Positions 12,121 through 23,061 of a DNA stretch of 64,000 bases are shown piece after piece (the first letter of the stretch is position 1; each line of letters starts with the position of its first letter). The DNA is taken from assembly GCF_018350175.1 (NCBI RefSeq), contig NC_058368.1, positions 233,122,001 to 233,186,000 on the forward strand. Direction: 5' to 3'. The stretch comes from Felis catus (Eukaryota). Position numbers and translations under genes: made by a program. A model generated the notes under the pieces. The model worked only from the letters and a program-made list of their open reading frames with translations, was not told where the DNA came from and did not search any database.

Positions 12121-12337
12121 TCTTTTTTTTTAAATTCTTTTTAATGTTTGTTTATTTTTGAGAGAGACAAGTGTGCGTGGGAGAGGGGGAGAGAGAGGGA
12201 GACACAGAATCCGAAGCAGGCTCCAGGCTCTGAGCTGTCAGCATAGAACCTGACGTGGGGCTCGAACCCACGATACATGAGATCATGACCTGAGCCAAAC
12301 TCAGACACTTAATCGACTGAGCCACCCATGTGCCCCT
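12121..12337 (-). mobile_element. Can-SINE
   Basis: Reverse SINE. Confidence 0.95.
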
Positions 12338-12877
12338 GATCATAAATAGGCCCTAAACTAAGACACACGGGAGATTTTTATTCTATTGTGTAATGTTGTG
12401 TGGGGAGTACACCACAAAAATGAATTCACAATTCTGAACTGAAAAAGCATGTTAGATTACTAAAATTCATGAGTATTTTTGAGAGTTTTTCCATATAGCC
12501 ATATTTTTAATTTTTGAAGCCGATGTCTTTAGCAACAATATTATTTAAAAGAAGTAGTTGTGATAAAATAGAAATAGTTGTGATAACATCAAATGCTCCT
12601 TGAAAAACTTTGCACAAAATCCCATATGACTACACCAAATGATCCATCAAGGCTCACGGCGTGAACACCCTCACAGACTGTAATGAGAAGCAGAAGTGAT
12701 CTAGAACATTCTGCACAAGGACACCGCCTTCACACTCCCTGAAAATAAATCCTGTGGGAATTTACTCAAAAGTTAACTGGTGGCTGTAGAAAACATCTTG
12801 ATCTGATCTATTTGGCAACATTTAAAATGAAACCCAGCATAATTACAGTTAAAATTTGTTTTTAAGAAGGACAATGT

Positions 12878-13106
12878 GGGTGCCTGGGTGGCACAGTCGG
12901 TTAAGCGTCCAACTTCAGCCAGGTCACGATCTCGCAGTCCGTGAGTTCGAGCCCCGCATCGGGCTCTGGGCTGATGGCTCAGAGCCTGGAGCCTGTTTTC
13001 GATTCTGTGTCTCCCTCTCTCTCTGCCCCTGCCCCGTTCATGCTCTGTCTCTCTCTGTCCCAAAAATAAATAAACGTTGAAAAAAAAATTAAAAAAAAAA
13101 AAAAAA
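12878..13106 (+). mobile_element. Young feline Can-SINE
   Basis: TSD aaggacaatgt. Confidence 0.97.
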
Positions 13107-13633
13107 GGACAATGTTCTTTCTGAAATTTCACATGCTTTTTAACTGTGTGGTTTTATGCTCCCTCTGAACTGTGAAACAAAATGGAAATTTTCAGAAGAC
13201 AAAACCTGTGTCGTTGTCAAATCAGTCCTGACCCTTCTCTTTCACACGATCATTAGGCCGTTTGAAGTCTAGAGACCTTTCTCATTTGTTCATCTGGTCG
13301 GTGATCAGATTTCCTTAACAGGTCCCTCTGATGGGTCCGGGCTAGATCCTGAGACATAACAAGACCTATAGAGCTTATAGATATTTGTGAAACCCAAGAT
13401 CCATTATGGGAGAATTATGCATACATCCCCAACCGTACTATATGTTGTAAAGGTAGCACATTATGCCAAGGAGGGAAGGAGAGGAAGACAGGCTAGGAAG
13501 GACCACATACTTCGAGCACAGCAGAGAGGGAAGCCAGAGGAGGAAGGTTTGCCAACAAGGGTTTGGAATTAAAAGAGATTTTAGCTTCCCAATCTTTGGC
13601 AAACAGCTTCTTTAAAGAGGTTTTTTTGGGGGG

Positions 13634-13830
13634 AACCCTCTTGCACTGTTGGTGGGAATGCAAATTGGTGCAGCCACTCTGGAAAACGGTGTAGAGATTC
13701 CTCAAAAAATGGACATTAAGAGCAGTATCCACCTTCTCGTGTTACCATGAGAACTATATGAACTAATGTATTTAAGTGCTACGAACAATATTTGGCATAT
13801 CATTAGGGCTAGTAAATGGTTATAATTCTT
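13634..13830 (+). mobile_element. Short L1 fragment followed by a MIR 3' part
   Basis: 'gaaccctcttgcactgttggtgggaatgcaaattggtgcagcc' (L1); 'atgagaactatatgaactaatgtatttaagtgct' (MIR). Confidence 0.65.
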
Positions 13831-13929
13831 TTTTCACAGGTATTGGAGCTCCCGACACCTTATTTTAAGAGGACAATTTAGAAGATAAATCGACAGTGAT
13901 CCCTCTAAAGGCATGGACTTGGATCCCCA

Positions 13930-14253
13930 GAATGTCAGACCAGAAAGGATCCTAGACCCTGCCTACACCTTCACTGACAAGTACGGTGGCCACGACCACA
14001 TGTGGTCCCTGAGCACGACTGTGGCTAGTCTGAACTGAGATGTGGTCTTAGGGCGAACACCCGCCAGAGTTTTTAAAATTTAGTATAAACAAAAGAATAG
14101 AAAATACCTGTTTAATAGTTATTTTCCAAGGCGCCTGGGTGGCTCAGTCAGTTAAGTGTTTGACTCTTGATTTTGGCTCAAATCATGACCTTACGGTTCA
14201 TGAGATTGAGCCCCACTTTGGGCTCTGTGCTGTCAGCACAGAGAATCCTTGGG

Positions 14254-14303
<50 letters not shown>

Positions 14304-14700
14304 CTTCTCTCTCTGCCCCTCCCCTACTCTCTCTCACACTCGCTGTCTCTCTCTCTCTCTCTCCCTCCCTCTCGCAAATAAATAAACTTAAAAAAAATAG
14401 CTACTTTTCTATCGATCGTATGTTAAAAGGATAATGTCTGGGATACATTGAGCTGAATACAATAGATTATTAAACTTAAGTTCACCTATTTGTTTTTATT
14501 TATTCTAATGTGGCAACTAGAAAAGGTAAAATGTGACTCACATTATATTTCTACTGGACCGCACTAATCTAGACCAGTTTTCTCATCTCACAGAATAGGA
14601 ATCAAGGAAAGAAACACTATGTTTTGTATCCCAAATCCCACCGCGATTTAGTAGCAGGGTCTGGCTGGCATCACTAATGACTGAATTCTAGTTGGTATGC
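13930..14700. mobile_element. Nested MIR > MER33-like hAT element > Can-SINE (14129-14397)
   Basis: MER33-like body ('cacatgtgg...gtggctagtctgaactgagatgtg'; 'cacattatatttctactggac') flanked by ctagac repeats, inside reverse MIR-like sequence, with a SINE in the middle. Confidence 0.65.
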
Positions 14701-16315
14701 TTCTTGCAACACTGTGACCCTGCTCTACGGAAACGTCTTTCAAAATCCAAATGGAGAAATTCTTTAAAAACTGACTAGAAAAATCAGCAGAATAGAGCAG
14801 ATTTACTTTGTGTTTTCTGACTGGATAGTTTCCTTTGCTTTACTCTCCTGTGACTCATTTTTACATTTTTGGTACATTGGGAGGCAGGAGAAAGTAGACA
14901 TTATCACCTCTGCCACATTTTGAAAAGATGCTGAATTTTCTATAAATGTCTTCTGAACCTTCCCCTAAACAAAAAGAGACTCTCTGGCCTCTTGATTATC
15001 AGAGTCGTAACCCTCCACAGCATGCCATGTTGTGACAAGTCTACAGAAATATCGCCCAAGGACAATATCCTGTTATTGTCTGTTGGGTTCAACAGGCCCT
15101 GAATTCTCCAGATAATAAAGAAACTTAAATATCTCTCAGACCCCCTAGGGGTCCACAAAGACAATTACCCCAAGAAACTACTTCACGTTGGATGACTTTG
15201 TTCAGTCTCTGTGTACAAGAATGAACTAGAACATGCAAGTATCTGCACCAAGGGATGTGAGAGGTGCCCCAAGTTCCCCCCAAATGATTCAGAAAGACCT
15301 GGGCTCTGTAAGTCAGTCTTTCTCTACTTCCAAGGAGGTGACTTTGTATTTGGTGGGTCCGTGGAGGTGGAGGGCACAGTGGAGGAGGGAAGTTGTGTAT
15401 GTCTGGCCTTCCTGGGTAAGGCATCCTGAATGAAGTCCACCAGGATAGATCACGGGGTGGGGGGGGAGGGGTTCGTGTCAGTGTCCAAGAGTCTGAAACA
15501 AAAGCCCTTCTAGATATAGATTGAGGAGTCATGGATGAAGGACAGAATGGAAAATGTTTCCATCAGGAGACAGCTCCTCATTCTGGGTGATAATAATGAA
15601 GGGGCGAGGGTAGCCCTGAGTTGGAGATTCAGTGAGGTGCATGATGGACCCTGGCCACTGGGGATGAGCACCAGATCCACAGATTTCTGGCTGAAGTCCC
15701 CTCGCAGAGGCTTCCGTGATGGTCCCTGCAGGAAGAAGCACACGATGGGTCGGCTGCAGGGATCATGGCGGGCAGGGTCTAACATAAGTCAACACTCAAG
15801 AAAGAAGCCACAGAAACACACAGAACTGATCACATCCTTTGCCTCCAGCAGACCCTGGAGTCACATGGGACTTCTGAAAACACACATGTGATGGAAGGAA
15901 CAGAAGCCCAGGACTCTGGAAATATCTATCTTGATGTGCTTTTTCACAGAAAACTAGGTGTTCAGGTCCATTCCTTGTCTGGACTCCCTTTCCAATGTCC
16001 GTAACAGAGAGGTCATTCCACAGCGGTTTCAGACACCCCCCGGTCACAGAACATGATCCATTCTGTTACTATAGAAGCTTTAAATGTTAGAAAGATCTGC
16101 AAACTTCCAGTTCCGTTCCAGGAGTATAAGCCTATGAATCTGCAGTGTTCTCAAAACATATTCAGCTACACTTTTTCCATGACATTATACAACGTTAAAG
16201 TGCGCACTCAATATTAGATTCTTCTTTCATCAGCCAATAAACAGGCATTTATTGATCACCTACTGTGGGATTTCAGAGTAAATATACAAGAAGCCTACAT
16301 GTTGTGATTAAACAC

Positions 16316-16789
16316 GAATTCTGTGATAAACATTGGGGTACAAGTGCCCCTCGGCATCAGTACTCCTGTATCCCTTGGATTAAAAAATTGTGGTTTATAT
16401 ACACGATGGAATACTACATGGCAATGAGAAAGAATGAAATATGGCCTTTTGTAGCAACGTGGATGGAACTGGAGAGGGTTATGCTAAGTGAAATAAGTCA
16501 TCCAGAGAAGGACAGATACTATATGTTTTCACTCCTATGTGGATCCTGAGAAACTTAACAGAAGTCCATGGGGGGGGGGGGGAGGGGGGGAAGAGGTTAG
16601 AGAGGGAGAGAGCCAAAGCATAAAAGACTCCTAAAAACTGAAAACAAACTGAGGGTTGATGGGGGGTGGGAGGGAGGGGAGGGTGGGTGATGGGTATTGA
16701 GGAGGGCACCTTTTGGGATGAGCACTGGCTGTTGTATGGAAACCAATTTGACAATAAATTTCATATTAAAAAAATATATGAATTCTGTG
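16316..16789 (+). mobile_element. 5'-inverted young carnivore L1 3' end
   Basis: TSD gaattctgtg; ~55-bp reverse piece then forward 3' UTR ending AATAAA plus A tail. Confidence 0.9.
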
Positions 16790-16899
16790 TACAGGTGAAA
16801 ATTGCCTTAACTTTAAAAAAAAGACTTATTAATATTTATTCTCTCTCTCTTTGTGTCTGTCTCTCCATAAATAGATTAGTTATAGGTTATATATTCTAA

Positions 16900-19670
16900 C
16901 CAGCGATACAGTGGATATTCAAACCTTCTCCTCAAATATCTCCACTTGCTTTTGGAGAAAGGATATCCCTAGACACGGTCTCTCTACCCACCGCCATAAC
17001 ACCAGATCATGCCCTTGGCCTGGATTTAGGGAAATGGCTCCTTGTCCTTGTTGTTGATTACTGCTTCAAGATCATGCCCCTTCCTCTTTCCTGGCTCCCC
17101 CAACTTTAAATCTTATGTATCAGAATACACAATCTGATACCCCACCATCTTTCTATCTTCTACTAAGCTCTGGACCAACCCTTAACTCCACGAAGATTTG
17201 AACACCATCACTCACAGCCCCCCCCAACCCCAGCATGACTACCGCCATAACTCTTCACTGTCTGTGAGGGTGACTTTTTACTCATTTGACCCTTGTGCTC
17301 CGGACAAACTGCAAGCCTCCCTTGTATGGTCAAACCCCTGATGTTGTTGTTTCCAACCACTGCAATACCTGTATGATCTCGATTTCAAAGAACCCTGGTC
17401 TCCAACAACCATCCTCTGAGACTTCTAGCTTATTCCTTCTGTTGCCTCACACCAGAAATCCTTTGATCTACCAGGACCTCAAATGTATTTATTCTCCCAT
17501 ATCTCCACTCCCCAAGAGCAGTCCTGTGCCCCACAGCCTTTGTTATTCACCTTGAACTCTGTGATCTGCTTCTTTAATCAAGGCGTTGCCTATACGCCCC
17601 ATCTCATTCCGCTGTTCTTTCCTCCAAAGAAAAACAACCACTGTAGAAACGGAAAAACCCAACTCCCTGCCTGAGCCCGCTGGGCCCCAGCATAGCTGAA
17701 TGAATGCGTCTGGACAAAAGGGTGGAAACACCTTAAGTTCATGACTTCTAATCTCAAGCAGCCGGTAATGCTTCCTGGTGGTTCTAACGTCTCTCTTCCA
17801 TTCAAACACTTAGTCTCTCCCCTCCTGTTCCCTCAAAACCCAACACATCCTCCCCGCCCCCCCACTGCCCACGCATGCTTCCTGATTCACTGGGAGCCTG
17901 TAAAACTGTGTCTGTCACTCCCCCCCTCCCTCCTGGCACTACGATGAGCTATCCTAAAGCAAGTCTTTCACCTGTGAGCTAGAGCCCTTTTGTCTTTCCC
18001 TATTAAGTCCCTATTAAGGACTTCGCCCAGAAATTCTCCCTCTCTTCCTACTTCACCAATTTTTCTCTATGGATCATCTCCATTAAGACACAATCTCTGG
18101 TTTCACACACCTTTAAAAAAAGATCCAACCTGTCTCTTGACTCCACGTTCTGTTCTAGGTACCACGTGATTCCTCCCGTTCCCTTCAAAGCAAACCTCCA
18201 TCGACTGCCTCCAGAGCCTTCCTCCCTCTCTCATGCGAACCCGCTCTTCCCTGTGCCTCCAGTGAATTCTCCATTGCTACATCCACTAGCCCAATCTCAA
18301 ACCACTCTTTTATGATACTTGATAGTTTATCACTCATTCTTCCTCAAAAGAGGAAGCCGTGATCTTTAAGTGTTTCTGCACTTTTGTCCGGACACATTCA
18401 TTCACATTCTTTCCTCGTCCTCCAGGGCTCTTACCTGCATTTCTTCTGTTGCATCTTAATTGGAAAATGCTTCTTTCCAATGGCGGGTTCTTTCTCATTC
18501 CCTCAACCTCTAACTTCTGGAACCCCTGAGAGCTCAGTCCACGAACCCCCTATTGTTTCCTTCTACACTAACTCACTTGGAGATCTCATTCGCACACATG
18601 CCTTTAACTATTACCTATACCCTGACAACTAATAAATTTATATCAAGCCCGATCTCTCCATGGAACATCAGATTGTAAATCTCACCATCTCCTGAGCTTC
18701 TGCACTTATAGGTCTAATGAGCACCTTGAACTTAACATGTTCCAAAGCCTCCGATTTAACACACACACACGCGCACGCACACGCGCACACGCACACACAC
18801 ACACGCAAAGGTTTTTGCAGAATTCTTCCCTAAAGTAAAAGACAGCTTCATTTCCCAGTTAAGTAAACCAAAACTCTCAGAATAGTTCTTGATTCTTTTA
18901 CATCCATATGCAACTCATCTTGATTCTTTACGTCCATATGCAACTCATCAGCAAATCCTGCCAGTTTTAGATCATGAATACACCCAAGATCCCCACCACC
19001 TGTTCCAAGTCCCCACTGTCTCTACTCCGGACCATGGCAGTGGCCTCCAAACTGCTCTTCTACACCTTGGCCCCTTCCGTGCTATTCCCAAACGGCAGCT
19101 GGAGAGACCCTCTCAATGAGCACGTCAGATTGTAACACCTTTCTGCCCAATACCCTCTGAGGCTCCACATCTCACTCAAAGTAAAAACCAAAGTCTGCAC
19201 AATGACTTCTGTGGCTCCTACACAACCAGTCTGATCTTATCTACTGTCCTCCTCCCCCAGGATTTTCCTGCCCTAGGCACCGGGCCTCCTTGCACTTGCT
19301 GAAAATGACAAGCATGTTTCAATCTCAGGGCCCTTCTACTTTCCATGTCTGCTACCGGGACATAGATAGATATGCTTGCTTCTCTCATACCCCCTGTCAG
19401 CCCTCTACTGCTTTATTTCTTTCCATGACACATATCACTAATATTATACTACATTAAATGTAATACACTATAATATTATAATATGCAATAATATAATATT
19501 AAATGTAATACAATATAATATAATAATTTATTAGTCACTCCCAACTAGGATGTGTTTTTCTCCACTAGCATTTAGTCCTCAAGACTGATTTTCATCTGTT
19601 TTTTGTACTGCTGAACCCCCAGTGCAGAATACAGTGTCTCACATGCAGAAAGCACTTACTGAGTACTTTT
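16900..19670 (+). mobile_element. Long L2 LINE fragment (~2.7 kb) inside the L-like gene
   Basis: Pyrimidine-rich L2 ORF2/3' UTR motifs ('cttaacatgttccaaa', 'ctcactcaaagtaaaaaccaaagtc', 'actgctgaacccccagtgcagaatacagtgtctcacat'). Confidence 0.8.
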
Positions 19671-19730
19671 AATTAATTTTATCAATTAAATTAATTTAAT
19701 TAAATTATTAATTAAATTAAGTTTAATTAA
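19670..19730. repeat. AT-rich low-complexity, quasi-palindromic tract
   Basis: (TTAA/AATT)-rich run. Confidence 0.8.
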
Positions 19731-20423
19731 TCAGTGAGTCACTTCATACCACATTGCCATCCACTTTATGCAGAAACCCGCTATGAATAATCACTACCTC
19801 CTTAGAGACTCTTGCATTCTGAGAGCATTCTGTTGTAAAGTCCTTGCATAAAATCCATCATGTTTCCTTCTGACCCACTGTCCATAGGTCCATTTGATAT
19901 AGTCATACAGAGTAAGTCTAATCCCTCTTCCTTCTTACTTTTGGTAACAGACCTGGTTACTATCTTCAGTAAGATTGCATAAAGACTTACGAAGAGAAGA
20001 CACATAACGTGAAGCAATCTGAGAAACCCAACGCCTAGGACATGCCGTAATTTCTCTTACCTGGGATATCGTCCCCACCAACAGCCATCATCCGTTTTTG
20101 ATGAAGAAGGCACATTAGTGGTCTCAAAATATTTTTTGAGTTAGTTTACCACCAATTCTCTTGGCCTAATGAAGGTTTCTGCCGGGTATTGTCTGAAACA
20201 ATCCTCCTAGCAAATTAAAACGCAATGGAGGAAAACCTGCAGCCAACGTCTAAAAATGAAGCTTCCATAAAATAAGCCAGTAGCAGTGAAAGGAGGAAAA
20301 AAATAATAACAAATAATGACGAAGGGTTCCCAGAGTTTCGGTATCCATAAAAACTGACAAAGCCTTAAGCTTTAAGAGGTGTCATGGGGTAGTAATTAGA
20401 CTCGTGGATTCTGGAACTAGTTT

Positions 20424-20954
20424 TTAGTATTTAAATTCTGCCCGTACCCCCCAGGGATCCTGTTGGATTTTAGAATTGCCGCGGACCAAAGGATTTTGTG
20501 TGTCTCCCACTTTACCCCTTTTTGAAGAAGATGGTCTACGGCGGCTATCCCATAATGGATAGGATATGTATGTTGGGTGCATGGTGGGGGCGGAGGGGGA
20601 GTGGCTACCTCTTCTTAGGTCTGTGGGTAAAGAGGTACTGTACTCCACGCACTGTACCTGAAGAGCCTCATCCACCCCTGAACTTGACTCACATGATAAG
20701 ACCCTGGATTCTGAACTGATGTTATAAAGGGTTGAGACCTGGGGGGACCTCGGAAAGGGTGAGTATGTTTTACATACGGAAAGACCTGAATCATGGGGGG
20801 GGGGGTGGGTAAAGGGTGGCACATGTGAACCAGCTCCAAGATGGCCTCTGATGATTATCACTGCCTGGGACTTATGCCTGTGTAATCGTCTCACACAAAG
20901 AATCAGGACTGTCCAGTGCGGAGAATACTGTAAAAGGATATGATTTACTTTTGT

Positions 20955-20990
<36 letters not shown>

Positions 20991-21400
20991 GGGGAGGGGG
21001 AAAGAGAGACGGAAAGAAAGAATCCCAAGCAGACTCAGCACTATCAGCACAGAGCCTTGATCTCAGGAACATTGAGCTCATGACCTGAACCAAAACTCAA
21101 GAGTTGGACACTTAACCGACTGAGCCACCCAAGTATATGATTTCCCAGACTAGGTCAAAAAAGACATTGTCGCTTCTTCATTGGGCCTTTTAATCGCTTG
21201 CTCCGGAGGACATAAGCCACCGTGATGTGAGGCCATTAGCAGCTGTGACAAGTCCTAGAAGGAGAGGACCTGAGGCGCCCTGTCAGCGTCAACTCACCAG
21301 CAAAGTGATCAAGTATCCAAGGAAGCAAACTCTCCAGCTCAGTCAAGCCCTCATGTGACTGCAACCTGGCTAAAGATTACTCTACAACGATACAAAAGAA
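20424..21400 (+). mobile_element. MaLR (MLT1-int plus MLT1 LTR) with a nested Can-SINE (20945-21133, minus)
   Basis: 'ctccaagatggcctctgatgat', 'ggagaggacctgagg', 'tccagctcagtcaagccctcatgtgactgca'. Confidence 0.65.
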
Positions 21401-21878
21401 TTGGTCCATGAGAAAATACATACGGACTAATAGTGCAATGACGGAGACAGAGTTATTAAAATAAAAACTAAAAACAGTTCAACAAACACTGAGCACCAAC
21501 TTGTGGCAGACGATACTGCAAAATGGGATGTGTTCCCCATCTTCAGAATTCTGTCGCCCTGCCAGAAACACAGACTTAATTACAAGAGGTCATTAAACAG
21601 AATCCAGTAGAGGCTTGCAGAGAACACTGAGGAGTAGGGAGAAGTCGATGCCTGGGGTTTAGAAGGACTCCCTGGGTAGCTTGTGGCCAGCTTGGGCCTG
21701 TCAAGTGACTCAGCCCAACAACTAGATGGTTCTTGAATATTGGCTAGGCTAGGTTTTTGTCCAGATTGCATGAGAACAGCCTGGAAAGAGGACGCTAACT
21801 TCATCCAATAAAGTTGGGGTTTTCAGCCTTTGTAAGTAAGTAGTACTTAAACTTAGCCTTAAATAATAAGACATTGGA

Positions 21879-22066
21879 GGGGCACCTGGGTGGCCTCAAC
21901 CATTGATTTCAGCTCACATCATGATCTCGTGGTTCGTGGGATCGAACCCCATGTTGGGCTTCTCGCCGACAGTGCCCAGCAACTGCTTCTGATTCTCTCT
22001 CCCTCTTTCTCTGCCCCTCCCCCACTCATGCTTGCTCTCTCTCACAATAAATAAATAAACTTAAAA
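21879..22066 (+). mobile_element. Can-SINE within L2-like minus-strand fragments (~21470-22560)
   Basis: TSD taataagacattgga. Confidence 0.9.
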
Positions 22067-22841
22067 AGTAATAAGACATTGGACCAGCAGTAAGAGCAGA
22101 AAAGAGTTCCACCCAGGAGGAACAGCAGAGAGAGAGCTCAGAGGTGGGAAAGTACATGGTGCTTGAGAGGAAGAGGACTGGTCAGCGCATGGAACATGGG
22201 GTGCATATGTGGGCAAAGGGATGGAGAGATCTTGGCTGGGGGGTCAGGGGGGTCCTGAAGCAGTGGGTCTTGGGCCCACATGACACAACTTGTACATTTT
22301 ACTCTAGGTCTGGGAGACACTTGAAATTTTTAAGTAACTATTTCATGGTTACATAAGAATTTAGAAAAGATCAGTTGGTCCTGAAGTATAAGGTGGATTA
22401 GAAGGCAGAAGGTGGGGGACCAGGGAAATGAGATTGCATCCTGCTCTAAGGACCCCATCCCTGTAAGTGAGGCTGGTGGGGCCAGGCACCATATCGGTGG
22501 GGTCTGAAGACAGAGGACAGAGAAGTCCCTGAGGCAGCAATGACCCTGACAGTGCCCTGAGAATGATGCACTGGGCCCCAGTCTTCCCCAATAGCAATCA
22601 CGTTAATATTTTCATCTTATAATTACCCAATAGCATATTTCCCTCCATATGTTAGTATATGGTAGACCAGTTCTCTAGAAATCTCAGAAGCATCGGTCTT
22701 TAAACTGTTCTGGTTTGAAGACAAAGTTCTAAATGGACTCATAGATTTAACCCATCGTTAGGGCTGCTTAATGTCAATGAGAAAAGTCATAATATAAACC
22801 CGTTTTTCTTCACTTCTTTGCCCTGAGCTAACAATTGTCCA

Positions 22842-23061
22842 ATTTTTTAAATTTTTTTTAGTGTTTATTTTTGAGAAAGACAGAGAGACAGAGTGTGAGT
22901 GGGAGAGGGACAGAGAGAGAGGGAGACACAGAACCCGAAGCAGGCTCCAGGCTCCGAGCCGTCAGCCCAGAGCCCGACGCGGGGCTCGAACACATGAACC
23001 ACGAGATCATGACCTGAGCTGAAGTCGGACGCTTGACCGACTGAGCCACCCGGGCGCCCCA
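22842..23061 (-). mobile_element. Can-SINE
   Basis: TSD aacaattgtcca. Confidence 0.96.

Noticed and set aside
18889..18950. ~30-bp direct repeat
   Set aside because: Local slippage duplication inside an L2; no CRISPR-like spacer structure.
19869..19883. SDPLS resembling L SDPL
   Set aside because: The properly spaced match is TQDPL at 13392, following GPS.G.GL.
19795..20210. Protein-like minus-strand readings (LYDYIKWTYGQW..., ORF 19802-20017)
   Set aside because: No recognisable family; antisense shadow of the + strand L-like frame.
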